Assembly (NCBI GenBank): GCA_965649825.1
Contig: OZ287694.1
Coordinates: 1,673,197-1,737,196, forward strand
Direction: 5' to 3'
DNA: 64,000 nucleotides
From: Penicillus capitatus
Lineage: Eukaryota > Plantae > Chlorophyta
The position numbers were made by a program, and so were the translations under genes. This document shows positions 36,385 through 48,314 of this stretch, in pieces (within the stretch, counting starts at the first letter, position 1; every line of letters begins with the position of its first letter). The notes below the pieces were generated by a model, which had not been told where the DNA came from, made no database searches, and saw nothing but the letters and a program-made list of their open reading frames with translations.

Positions 36385-37456
36385 ATGGAGTTGAACTTGA
36401 ACAGCGCATTTGAAGTCCTCAGCGCCAGAACAGTTAAAAAGAAGAAACCAGAAGAGAAAGTAAGAAGAAAGGCGCAGCCAAGACGGAACAGACTTGCGCC
36501 TCGAACAGGCGATATCCAGTTGGACTTGACCTGCAGAGAGACGCCCATGCGATGTCTGTCATGGGTCCAGGTCAAAGACCGTCCAATGTGAGCGATTGGG
36601 CAGATGATGATGAATGGGGGTCACATCCAGGAGTGCACGTAAGAGATGAGAGACATGTATGGATCGAGAACCGTCGGCGATGTGACTGTAGATGAGTGCC
36701 GATGTGTCAAACGGGAAGAGTCTTCAAACAGACCTCCACGAAAGTGAAGAGGTAGGGGTCGGGACGTTGCGATCGCATGAGGCGATGCTGCGATGCAGGA
36801 GATTGATCCGCAAGCGTACTTTGGCGTGGAGCTGGGTCCGGAGGACGATCATGAGGAACAGGAAGAGAAAGAGAAGGAAGAAACTAAGGCAGAACCGTCG
36901 GCGGGTGCGTCGACGGAGCATTGCACTGTGCAGTGTGCGATGTTTGTTTGTGCGGTGGCAGAGGAGTTGGCGTTGCTGGAGGAACATCGAAAAAGTATCA
37001 CGTCCAGCCGCAACGCAAAGTCTCGAAATAGGTGTGACGGATGGGTGGTCACACTTCTGCGAAGACTGGATTTCTGTTGGATGGGTGTGCAGGAGCTGAA
37101 GAAGAAGGAGATGGAGGATCTCGATGGACAGTTGGCCAGCCTGGGCATCGACGTCAACGAGAATGCCAAAAACGCAGATTCGCCGAGCAAGAAGAAAAAC
37201 AGGAAGTATAGGGAGAAAGGAAGAACTACTGGGACAGAAGAGATGATCACCCAAACCTCACTGAGGAGAGTGTGACCGAGGAAGCTGCAGACGACAAGGG
37301 CGCAGCATTGACTCCTGGCCAGATAAGGAGCAAATTAGAGAAGAGCAAATCGACGAGAAGAGTTCTCGGAAATGCATCGGGATTGCTGCGGCCGAAGCCA
37401 AAGCGCGAAAAAAGAGAATAAAGGACAGAAAGACTCTGTCCTTAACCATCAAGTAA
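36385..37456 (+). pseudogene. Frameshifted homologue of a conserved green-plant K/E-rich protein of unknown function (recalled as Arabidopsis At2g25670/At4g32610-like)
   Basis: LNLNSAFEVL..KKKK, SNVSDWADDDE, RKVSK*|ELKKKEMEDLDGQLASLGI and AAAEAKARKK match the recalled family motifs. Requires frameshifts and has an in-frame TAG at the splice junction. Confidence 0.55.
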
Positions 37457-37834
37457 AGTGTGAGATAGAGTGAGGATGCATGCATGAGAGTGTGACGCAG
37501 GCGCCCAGTGACTGAGAGGTGAAAGAGATTAACTGAAAGGATTGTCTGTCTGTTTTGTGTGAATCTTGTTTGTGAACAAAACGGAACGCGTGTTCTATGT
37601 AACCTGCTTTGACAACGCTTGATTGCGCAACGCGGGCGGGATCTCGAAAGACACGTCGCCGTCATGAAGGACCCATCGGGCAGCCGGCCTGCAGTTTGGC
37701 AGTATTTAACGAACGAAACGTTGGTATAAAATGCGTTGTGTAATCAGACTTCGTTGTTTTTCCGTCAGTCTAACGTTGCGTCTTTGGCGACTTCGTTATT
37801 GAAGACCAGCACAAGCGCCTCTTCTTTTGGAATT

Positions 37835-40323
37835 ATGGCTTCGACAAAGGGCAGCACTAGCGAGGCTTTATCCGAACCTCTGCTTCGGGGACAGGAGCAT
37901 TTGACGAGCATCGATGTGAAACAGTGGACTGCGACATCATCGGCAGCAGCAAACAGTGCGTCGACAACGCAACAGCAATCGTTGCTCTGCATTCCACATC
38001 AGAAGACGCGATGTTGAAATCCGGACCCCTTTCTGCAGGTGTCGCAGCAAGAAGCACCGGTTCCTCGGCGAATCCGGAGGAAAAACGTCCGACGAAATGG
38101 ACACCTGGGCTAACGCAACAGTGCGCGTCTTCCGGCTTTACAGTGTCAGCGACGGTGTTGTGTGTTGGGCAGATTTATGTTGCAGTACGGTGGATGCATG
38201 ATGGATGTCGTCGATGAGTACGGAGAACCCTTTTTCTGGGCTGCCATCAAAAAGGGTCAACTCGACTGCGCAGGAAAGATCGTCGATAAAGCAAAGAAGG
38301 AAGGCGCTCCAGTGAAGTTCCGACACGAAGACAGCGATCTGCTGGAATGGGCCATCGACCATGACGCGAACAGGGAAGTCAGATTCATCCTTGAAAAATT
38401 GGCGCAGAAATATGCATCCGTGGAAGAAACGTGCTATCTGCTAGAGACCCACTTGCAGGCCATCAGCGAGAAGTTCCCGAAACTGATCGGCGACTTTCTG
38501 AAGCGGGATCGCTTTACCATGGAGTACGCCAGATTCCTAGTACCGCGATCGATTTTTAAAACAGCTAACGCATTCTCCGTTGCCATGATCGTCCGAAAGA
38601 GACTGGATTGTTGGGACAGCATGAACAGCGAAGAGGCAAAGGATTTTTGGGTCCAGAACTGTTCCAAGAGAGATTCGAATCTCCTCATCGATTCTGATAT
38701 GCACGTCACGGCCATTGCCAAGTTCTTCTGCATCGGACAATCGACTTACAGTCGGAAAGCAAGGTGCCATCCAATGATGGAAACCGACTGCCTTTCGAGA
38801 TTGTGTGTCAATAGAAAGCAGAAGCATCTTTGTCAGTGCCTCCATGAGAACCTCCCTGTGGAGGCATTCGAATCTGACACACTTAGGGTCATGACGGCGT
38901 GGTGGTTTCGATTCTTCCGTCTAAGGGTTCTCAAGAACGCTCTGTTGGATTGTTTGTCACCCGTAGCGCTGGCTTTCTTTATCGATCATTATAGAAAAGA
39001 CACGAACGACGGCGTCGATAGTCGTCTGTTTTCGGCTGGACTCCTGGTCCCGGTATTTGTATCACAGTTGGCAGTAAACCTCGACTGCCCCTCACACTTA
39101 AGGCAAGCATCGCGTCATCATTCAGAAGGCTGTATCTAGATCGTGGTGGCCCCCTACAGGCATTTTGTCATTTCTACTGAAGTGATCATATTGATTCACA
39201 CCTGCATCTGGGGTCATGCGACCCATATTTCTGCAATCCTCATATCGATTACATGCATTTTGATATGGATCTTGGTACTCTCTACCATCGTGTCCTTCGC
39301 TTGATGTGTTGTTCTGTGCTTTCTAGATATTTCGCTGTTTACCGTTCATCGATGGCATGGGTCGTATTACTTTGATGATGAATTCAGCATTTAAAGACTC
39401 TCTGTGCGTCTTGTATCCAGTCACGTTGATTATTAGCGGTTATTCCATGGCGTTTACGGCGCTCTTCAATGATGTGTCCAGAGACAAAGAAGGAGAACAT
39501 TTCGTAAACTTTGGGCGAGCATTCGAGACACTCACTTATGCAGGCATTGGGAGTTTCGATGTGGATGTACGTTGCCATACATCTGCTCCCATCTCTTGTG
39601 ATGTGTCGATCCAGATGTTTCGACACTCGAGTAGCCTTCTTGCCGCCTGGGCTGCTATACTCTTCGGTTCTTTCGTCTTCATCGGACCAATTGTGCTTCT
39701 CAGTCTGCTCGTTGGTATTCTGACAGACACATACGACAGAGTTCGATCAAGCGAGAAAGCAGAGCTGAGAAAGTTCCGAATGCGCATCGTGGTCAAACTT
39801 CAGCATCAGTCCAATTCGATCCTCAGTGCAAAACAAGTGTGCGTCTATCAAAAAATGCAACAGAAACTCGAACCGTTAGCTCAACGCTTGTGTTGCATGG
39901 CAGGACGCAACGTGCCAAAGACTTCGGCATTCTCAAAAACGAAGAATTGCGTGAGAGCAGTGAAATTTTGGAGTGTCTGGACGGGACGTATTTCCATTTT
40001 CTGGTGCCTGCCAACGACGAAGAAGGTGAAGTTGACAATGAAGAATGGCAGGGTAGACATATGTCGCTGAAGAGGACCATCACGTCCGAGGCACAAAAGA
40101 ACGAGAGAGTGTCGAAGGGTGAGTGAGGTCCACCCACGTTAAGCAGCACGAGCTTTCGTCGTTGGCAACGTCAGCTGCTGTGCGTGCAGAGAATTCGAAG
40201 AATCTGGCAAACAAGTTGGAGAACATGGAAGGGCGACTGGAGAAAATGGAAAGGTCCATCGATCGTTTGCTGACCGCTGTCGAGCAGAACCGTCCACAGT
40301 CACTGTCCCTCGGATCATCCTGA
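37835..40323 (+). CDS. TRP-type cation channel paralog TRP-6, spliced
   Basis: MASTKG start, KWTPGLTQQ then intron, GEPFFWAAIKKGQLDCA, LLEWAI, GC-AG intron 39103-39158, MGRITLMM, FVNFGRAFETLTYAGIGSFD, LSLLVGILTDTYDRV, FHFLVP..EEWQGR, coiled coil, stop at 40323. Confidence 0.88.
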
Positions 40324-41049
40324 AGCGACCCACTGTTGACATTCGTAGTTTTTTTCAGTATTTTCTACGGCACGTTGCAATGAGTGCATGGTGGATAAAT
40401 GCACAAGAATCGGCATGTCCTTAACGCCTCTGACCACACCACTCCATCGTCTATCGTGATTCGATAAGACTTGCCGTGATTTAGCGGAATGGGCGGTGGC
40501 TTGTATCGTTTTCATTCATGCTGTGATAAGAGTGCAGCTTAAGCACTGTGCTCGTTCGACACAAGATGCTTTTCCGCATCGCACACTCTTTAGAAACGTG
40601 TGACACGGTTTATGGCGCTTGCTTTCTTTCTTTGCACGAAACAATGCACGACACCTAAAAGTATCGTTACTCCAGCAGGAAGCATGTGCCAATGACTGTT
40701 GTTGTGATCAGATTTGTCATGGACGATGTCATTCGCCTTATGTACAAGTCCAACTTACCGTTCCCGCCTCCAAATGCCGCCACAACAGCTGCGATCCATC
40801 CGTCCCGTCGCGCTTTCGATTGCAGATGTCTCGATACGTCAACGCTTCACGAGCGTCGCCATCCATCATTCTGCCAAAATCGCTTGAATCGACCGAAAAG
40901 CAAATCGATTAAGGAGTAAGTCAGATTATCTAGATCTGAACAGTCATGTTCTTTACTTCGCTGATGTGATTGCCGACCTAGTGATTTGACAACACACGTG
41001 TCGTGTACGACAACGACAAAACGCGTAGATTCGTGCTCAGACGTTCTGG

Positions 41050-41710
41050 CCTTCATGTCAAGGGACATACCATTAACGCGCATAGAACGCCGGAGGAATC
41101 CATTTCATCAAGCATCACTCTGGACTCCACGAGCGACACGCGAAGTCGTACGTACCACTCTCAGAGACGCACCGTCGACCCTCAGCATCACTTCCATTGC
41201 ATCACGGCACACCCTCTCCCGTTCACAGTTTAACGGCAGCAGACGCCTCGCTGTTATTGGACCGATTTCCTCGGACGTCTTGAGAGAAGACAGCTGTTTC
41301 TGCTTCTCAAGCGATGCCACACGTCTTGTCACGCGCGACCATGGCGATCTTCGGTAAACAAACACGATCACGTGCTACTGGGGTGTCATGCGGTATGATG
41401 TCATAGGGTCTGGGAGACGGATGGCTTTCGTAAGCTGTGTCGTCAGCGTATCCGAAACGACCGAAGAGTCATCGATCTCGGATTCTGCGACGACCATGCA
41501 TCGCAGTTCGTTCTGCTATGCAGATTTCTCCAATCTGTTTTCGTTGTGGACGAAAACGAGACGTCTATCCGATGCGTCATTCGTCAGGGGTGGAATCGCG
41601 CCGTCCATCCACAGCTCTCCGATGGCTGGAAATTGCCGAATGATGTGACAGCGCGGTGTGTTTCGAATAATGGAGCTCAGAAGGTCTATGTGCACAAGGC
41701 AGAGGTGTTG
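41050..41710 (+). pseudogene. Divergent WD40-like gene or relic upstream of MFS-1 (copy Y1)
   Basis: RRLAVIG..SCFCFSSDATRLVTRDHGDLR|VWETDGFRKLCRQR..ASQFVLL..SVFVVDENETS..GWKL, with an intron at about 41354-41406. Homologous to Y2. Confidence 0.4.
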
Positions 41711-42536
41711 TGACGGGGTATTGTTCTCTCCGCGACAACAAGCGAGCGAGGTGTGGAAAAGCACGACAAACCATTGCTCATCTTTGCCCGTCGAAGACTA
41801 CAACGGCCTGAGAGATGCAACCATCGTTGATATGTACATCCCGCATCAAAAAACGATGGTGACGGTATCGAAAATTATGTGCCTTCAGGAAGACTCCCGC
41901 CATCCGCGTTGCCGCCGCTGGAGTTACTGCTTTGCTTGTCGTCTATCTTACCTTACCTGGCATCATCCCCCGGCAAGGTCAGATCTTCCCTCTTATCGGA
42001 CAAAGCACCCTCCTTGACTGTTTGTGCATGTTCAGGATTGTCTCCTTTACCATCTCTGGTCTGCTTCTGCACATGGTCCTCACTGGAGAGCATCATAAAC
42101 ATGACTTCGCCGTCGTGGTTCTTGCAATGAAGTGCATGTTCTCCTCGAGCACTGTAAGTGAGAATACCTCACTTTTGCGCTGTCGGCAACATTACCGTCT
42201 TGCAGATTCTGTTCTGTCTGCAACCCCTGAGTGCAACTTGCCCGCTCGTGTCCATGATCAAGTATGTGTGTAAGGAAGGATACACTGGCAATAAGAATCC
42301 TAGCCGCTGTCGTCGTCACTCTTTCTGAATCTGCTATCCGATGCCTCGATAAAGAGCAATCACTGTCAGTCATGTCGAGAGATTTGACGGATAAGACATT
42401 CGGTATCAATCAGCTGGCTTATGTACAACGGATACTTTGATGCTGGATAACGCTATCAGTTCTCGTAAAGTAAAAACCGCATCGCATCATTGCCAAACGT
42501 GATTGTTCTTTCCTGTCGACGGTGTCTTGTCATCGA

Positions 42537-43949
42537 ATGGACAACGAAACGATTCTGCACAGTCCGTGTATCCCGCTCGTTGAAGATGTCGCTCGTTCGA
42601 CCATTCGTAAACTCGACCGCCGTTTTCTTCTTCTCCTTGCCAGCGTCATCTTCCTGTCGTACGTTGACCGCAGCGGCGTCGTTTACGCAGCAAACGATCT
42701 CTGTACGGACTTGAAACTGACCCACGGGGAATACGGCAACGGGGTCAGTCTGTTCTACGTCGGCTACCTGCTGTCGGAATTGGCAGGTAACGTCATGCTT
42801 CAGCGCTTCGGCGCGCCGGCGTGGATCTCTTTTATCGTTTTTGCCTGGGGCTTCATTGGTGCAGCACATGGGTTTATTCAACAGACGGTGCAGTTTTATA
42901 CGCTTCGCTTCGTCTCGGGCGTTGCCCAGGGGGGCGTGTTTCCAGCCGTATGGTACATCATTCCCATGTTTTACCCGCCAGAACATGTTACCAATGCATA
43001 CAGTGTGATTTTCGCAGCCATGTCATTTTCGATGCCGCTTTCATCTCCTCTGTTTGCTGGGCTGCTGAGCCTTGGCCCATGCGTAAACGTCAAGGGTTGG
43101 CGTTTGCTGTTTGTTATGGGGGGCATCATCCCAATGGTATTTGCTGTACTGGTGTACATCTGTTTGCCAGCATCTCCTCAAACGGCTCCTTTCCTGAAGA
43201 CAGAGGAGAAAGAGTGGATTGCTGAGAGTCAGGGAGGTCTCCGAAACGAGTGTGACCTCCCGTACTGGGAAGCAATGAAAAGAGTCTTTTCCAATCAAAC
43301 ATGGAATCTGTGCACGACCGTTGCTCTGATTGTCTTTGGCATCTGCAATGTCCTTATGTTCTGGGCAACACTCCTCATTCAAGACATGCTGTATGGAGAG
43401 GACGACAAAGATGACGACACCTGTGGCTCCAAACACGGCAATGCAGCACTGGCGATCGTTATAACAGCCATCCCTTTCCTCTTCTGTGGTGTGCTTTGCC
43501 TGTGGACACGTCGTTTGGATGTACGCAATCGACCCCGAGCCATTGCTATGATATATGTTGCTGGCGGCGTGTTGATGGTTTTGTGGATCGGAACATCACA
43601 CGTTATATTTGTTGTCAGACTGTTGCTGTTGACAGGAGGGATCAGTGCGGCGTATGTTAGTTTCTGCTATGTCGTCGCATTGGCGATTACGTCTTGCGAA
43701 GTATCGGAGCATTCTGTAGCTGCCTCTCTATACAATTCAATAGCGACGATTGGAGCCATTATGCTTCCAATGGCCTTTGGCAATTTGATGGATCTTGTGG
43801 GATCTGGAATGTCGATTTCTTTGTTCGGAGCAGGCTATCTCGTCGCAGCTCTGCTCATTATGAGAGCCGAAGATCCACTTTTGAGAGAGAATGTGGACAG
43901 ACCAGACGAAGACTGCTCTCAGTTGCAAGCGTCGTCTTCATCTTCCTGA
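42537..43949 (+). CDS. MFS transporter, anion:cation symporter (ACS; TtuB/Dal5/Tna1-like) family, intronless (MFS-1)
   Basis: KLDRRFL..FLSYVDRS, GVSLFYVGY, RFGAPAWIS.I.FAWG, GVAQGG.FP..WY.I..FYP, KGWRLLF..GGI, about 12 hydrophobic segments. Single uninterrupted ORF. Confidence 0.93.
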   Translation: MDNETILHSPCIPLVEDVARSTIRKLDRRFLLLLASVIFLSYVDRSGVVYAANDLCTDLKLTHGEYGNGVSLFYVGYLLSELAGNVMLQRFGAPAWISFIVFAWGFIGAAHGFIQQTVQFYTLRFVSGVAQGGVFPAVWYIIPMFYPPEHVTNAYSVIFAAMSFSMPLSSPLFAGLLSLGPCVNVKGWRLLFVMGGIIPMVFAVLVYICLPASPQTAPFLKTEEKEWIAESQGGLRNECDLPYWEAMKRVFSNQTWNLCTTVALIVFGICNVLMFWATLLIQDMLYGEDDKDDDTCGSKHGNAALAIVITAIPFLFCGVLCLWTRRLDVRNRPRAIAMIYVAGGVLMVLWIGTSHVIFVVRLLLLTGGISAAYVSFCYVVALAITSCEVSEHSVAASLYNSIATIGAIMLPMAFGNLMDLVGSGMSISLFGAGYLVAALLIMRAEDPLLRENVDRPDEDCSQLQASSSSS

Positions 43950-43999
43950 TCTTTTTGGCGTTGACATAAGCAGCTCTCGTGGGGATTTTTTTCAGGCGG

Positions 44000-44730
44000 C
44001 GTTAGATCTCTCTGTAGAGAAGGTCAAGGACGTTGCCTGCGTTCAGACGCGTCTGAGCGGAGTGTGGGCATCTAATTCTAGAGAGTGTAATCAGTAATGA
44101 AGACACTATGAGTCGAATTCCGTTCGGGTGTGCCTACTGTTGCTCTGCTACACTTTCCTTACCTCAGAACTATGAACCAACTTAATCTTACTTTCTCTCC
44201 AGGATTGCTAACTCAGTTGTTCAAAGCCATTTTAAGACGATCTTCGATGTGTGACACATTGTCACATCACCTTGTGTCTTGTCGTCGCTTACCGGTGCGA
44301 TTGAGGCATACCGTGGCGTGGACTGTGTTCATGTCGGACCGGTCCCCTCAGCCAACGACGGATTCGTTGTCCTGTTTTGCCGTCAGACTGAACTCGTCGG
44401 ATGTCGAACGCCGCAGTGAAGGCGAGGTGTTGTCATTGGCTGACCTTGTTGAATGAAAACCCGATGCCATTGGGTACGGCGTGGGTGTGGCTTCTAATAG
44501 CTTCCTGAACGTCGCCGATGTTCCTTGGCCTGCGTCCATCGACGACATTGAGCGAATCGGCCGTCCGTTCGACAGGCGAAGGAGCGTTCTCACCTAACAA
44601 GGCGGACCCTTGTGTCACAGACGTATTCGTTCATAAAATTGCTGAGATCGTCGGGAATGGATCCGTTCACCAAGACGACGACATGGCAGAGAGCGAAACA
44701 GACTGCCACGACTTTCCGGCCCATTGCCAT
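44000..44730 (-). pseudogene. Decayed unknown secreted-protein gene antisense and downstream to MFS-1; partial copies follow every MFS gene
   Basis: Signal-peptide-like MAMGRKVVAVCFALCHVVVLVNG. Exon SDGKTGQRIRRWLRGPVRHEHS differs from 54470-54540 mainly at synonymous third positions. Homologous blocks at 48350-48600, 51560-51840 and 54180-54540. All copies contain stops. Confidence 0.4.
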
Positions 44731-45149
44731 ATCGAATCCGGGTTTCTCGGATAGTCGGTCGGCGAATCCGCTCTTTTCGCAGACGACGACGCTCCACTAA
44801 TCACTCTTCGATGAACGTCGTGATCTGCTCTGCGCTCAAACGCAGACAACTGTGCGAAGACGGTGATACGAAGATGTCCCATTATGTGCCCATTGTCTTG
44901 TCGTCTGCAACGACCCTTGAAAGCAGACAGTTCTGGAGGGCGGACGTACTGTCGCGGCATCTGTCGCCATTATCTGCACCGAATGTGTCATTTGTATGTA
45001 GTCAGTCACAAGCCAACTCGAGGTTAAAAGATCTCTTTCTGCGTTGCGCTTCCACCTCTCTGGCTTCTCAGCGACGGTATCTGATTTGCCTCTGTGCGTT
45101 GCCTCTCTTGAAAGAGAACGATCGGACGGAGGCTCGCATTAAGCTCGAA

Positions 45150-46220
45150 TTCCATCCTCTCCCGTTCTCGCCCGCGTACTACAAAGGCTCATTTGCTCAT
45201 CTGATGGAAGCTTTCACATCTTGACCGTCGTCGAACACGGCAGGGTTCAAGAAGATGACGACGACCAGAACACGCAGTGATGGATCGTTCGAAGGATAGT
45301 TGTGCGACCCACCCAGAATGGAGATGTCACGTCATTAACGTCGCCAGCCGCGCCTCCTGCTGCCTTCTTCCAATGCGTCAGGCCGACAATCTGCGCTTCC
45401 TCTTCTCCGATTTCGGCCCCGTCGAGCCTATGTCAAGGGACGTGCAGTGACCCGACTATTGCCAACCAATAGACCCTTTCGCCTACCGCCGCTTGCCTTA
45501 AACGACCCCTCGACGGACAGACGGCACCTTCCGCTTCGAAAACTCAATCCTACCTACAAGGTGACGACAACAGAAAAACGCCGTGCATTTCCCTTTTCGT
45601 TTTCTCTAGTTCCAGCACGGACAACAGATTCTGCCAGGGACGGCAGCCGATTCCCTGCGAGTGATGCAAGCGGGGAGCGCTTTGCTGTCATTGAATCTGT
45701 CACCGCCGACGATGCACTGGAACAGTTAGAACGTCCATGTTGCTCCTTCGCGAAACTCCGACCGTCTCGCACCCACGATCACGGAGTCTTTCGGTCAGGC
45801 TCCTCGTGGAGTGGCCGAGAATGGATCATCTGTCGTAGAGTCTGGGAGACGAGAGACTTCTCAGAGCTGTGTCGAAGACGCTTAAACCGCGATGGGAAAC
45901 TCGTCGCCATCAGCCTCTTCGACTCCAGCGCATCGCAGTTCGTCGAGCTCTATGACGATTTCTGAGTCTGTTTTCTCCATCGACGAAGACGAGACCTCGG
46001 ACGCATGTCTGTTCGCCGAAGAATAGATCGCTCAGCCCGTCTGCCGCTTCCCGAAGGCTGGAGTCTGTTGGATTGTGTGAGGGCCCGTCTCGTGTGGGAC
46101 GACAAACCGCAGCTGATCTCCGCCAGCCGCGTCGAGTTGAACGGACTGGGACTCGTGCTCTCTATCAGGACGGGAGAGGAGAGGGCGTGGAGGATGCTGT
46201 CCTTCGCCGAGCACTTCTGA
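45150..46220 (+). pseudogene. Divergent WD40-like gene or relic upstream of MFS-2 (copy Y2)
   Basis: LICSSDGSFHIL, DGTFRF, ERFAVI..CCSF..THDHGVFR|VWETRDFSELCRRR..ASQFVEL..SVFSIDEDETS..EGWSL. Paired +1/-1 frameshifts near 45960-46010 relative to Y1. Confidence 0.4.
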
Positions 46221-46904
46221 CGGATCATCGTCTGTCGCCGAACTCAGTGTGCTCGCGATGCTCTTCTCGTCACCGGCAGGTGGCTTCGGCCGTCTGGCGG
46301 CTCGAACTGTACGGCATTGTTCCGAGGGATCTCGTTTGAGGAGACGGAATTCATCTCACTCGACGGATGCGACGGCAGACCGACGCATGATGGGACAGTT
46401 GCTGTCACTTCGGACGCACCAGAATCAGGAGGCTCTGCTGAAAGATCGTTCGATGGTAGAAATGAACGACGCGCTTAAGAGGATACTTTAAGGATTCAGC
46501 CGAGAGTGCCGAACGAATCCTCGTTAGTCGCTGCTGGACGAATGTCATGTCACCGAGAGATGTCTGGAGAGATCCCGTTGATCGATCGATCGATCAAAAT
46601 CTACGATTTCAAGATTCCATTCTAGTTCCTTGTTTCCACCATGCTTTCAGTGCGGACGAACGGTCTGTCGCATCACTGTGTAACCATTCTGGCACGACTG
46701 ACATGTTCGCCTATGTTTTCCTGTGACAGATGTGACGTTACGACTGCGACAGACGACGTCGACAAGACGTTGAATGACGGGACGTGATCGCGCACGCGTT
46801 GACAGCCACAGACGAACAGAATCGTATACTGAACGCGGCTGCCACCGTCGCCGCGTCAAGATTCGGTTGATCCGCCGTCTTTTTGTCCGCCAACGTTTTT
46901 CCCG

Positions 46905-48314
46905 ATGCAGTCGCCGACGTCTCAAGTGGCCTACGTTCCTCTAGCAGAGGACGCCGCTCGTTCGACGATTCGGAAACTGGACCGCCGTTTTCTGCTTCTC
47001 CTTGCCGGCGTCACCTTCCTGTCCTACGTCGACCGCAGCAACATCGGCTACGTGGCAAACGACCTCTGTCAAGATTTGAATCTGACCCACGAGGAATACG
47101 GCAAAGGGGTCAGTCTGTTCTATACCGGATACGTTCTGTCGCAAGTGGCAGGCAACGTCATGCTTAAGCGTTTCGGCGCTCCGCGATGGATTTCCTTCAT
47201 CCTTTTTGCCTGGGGCTGTGTCAGTGTCGTATTTGGGTTTATTCAGAACGCGGCGCATTTCTATGTTCTTCGTTTTGTTTCAGGCGTTGCCCAGGGGGGC
47301 GCGTTTCCAGCCGTGTGGTATACCATCCCCATGTTCTACCCGCCAGAACATGTCACCAATGCATACAGCGTTATTTTCGCGGCCGTTTCATTCTCAATCC
47401 CGATCGTATCTCCTATCTCTGCTGGTTTGTTGCGCTTTGGCCCCTGCGTGAACGTCAAGGGGTGGCGTTTGGTTGTTTTTCTTGGAGGCATCATGACTAT
47501 GATGTACACTGTAGTGATTTACTTGTTCCTGCCGGCAACGCCCGAAACAGCTTCATTCTTGGTGGCTGAGGAGAAGGAGTGGATTGCTGCGAACCAAGGA
47601 AAACAGGATAAAAATAACAATCTCTCATTCTGGGAAGAAATGAGGAAGGTTGTTTCGAATGGGACGTGGAGGTTGAGCACCGCCTGCTGCCTGATAAGCT
47701 TTGGCATCGACAGCATCCTCATTTTCTGGACAACGCTAATCATTCATGGCATGCTCTACGGAGAAGACGACGAAGACACCGAGACATGTGGCTCTGAGCA
47801 TGGCAGCGCAGCCTTGGCCGTCGTTGTGACAGCCATCCCCTATCTCGTCTCTGGAGTGCTATGCCTGTGGACGCGTCGACTCGTTGTGCGTAATCGACCT
47901 CGAGTCGCCGCCATCGTTTACACGGCGGGCGGCGTGTTGATGATTTCGTTGATCGGGACACAACACGTCGTTTTCATCGTTCGATTTTTGCTGTTGACGG
48001 GAGCGATAGGTGCATGGAATGTTAGCATCTGCTATGTGACGGCGGTGGCGATTACGTCATGCGAAGCATCGATCCAAGGAGTGGCTGCTTCTGTCAACAA
48101 TTCGGTAGCGACGATTGGCGCCATCGCATTTCCGCTAATCTTCGGCAAATTGACGGATGTACTGGGGTCCAGTATTGCCGTTTCTGTGGTTGGTGGAGCC
48201 TATCTTGTCGCAGCTCTGCTGATCGCGACAGTCGAAGATCCGCTTATGGAGAAGAACGTGGACAGACCCAACGAAGACTCCGATCATTTGCAGGCGTCTT
48301 CTTCATCCGCTTAA
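46905..48314 (+). CDS. ACS-family MFS transporter, intronless (MFS-2)
   Basis: 469-aa ORF; LSYVDRSNIGY, GVSLFYTGY, GVAQGGAFP and the same motif set as MFS-1. Confidence 0.93.
   Translation: MQSPTSQVAYVPLAEDAARSTIRKLDRRFLLLLAGVTFLSYVDRSNIGYVANDLCQDLNLTHEEYGKGVSLFYTGYVLSQVAGNVMLKRFGAPRWISFILFAWGCVSVVFGFIQNAAHFYVLRFVSGVAQGGAFPAVWYTIPMFYPPEHVTNAYSVIFAAVSFSIPIVSPISAGLLRFGPCVNVKGWRLVVFLGGIMTMMYTVVIYLFLPATPETASFLVAEEKEWIAANQGKQDKNNNLSFWEEMRKVVSNGTWRLSTACCLISFGIDSILIFWTTLIIHGMLYGEDDEDTETCGSEHGSAALAVVVTAIPYLVSGVLCLWTRRLVVRNRPRVAAIVYTAGGVLMISLIGTQHVVFIVRFLLLTGAIGAWNVSICYVTAVAITSCEASIQGVAASVNNSVATIGAIAFPLIFGKLTDVLGSSIAVSVVGGAYLVAALLIATVEDPLMEKNVDRPNEDSDHLQASSSSA

Noticed and set aside
46575-46595. (GATC)4 microsatellite
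   Set aside because: Trivial simple repeat.
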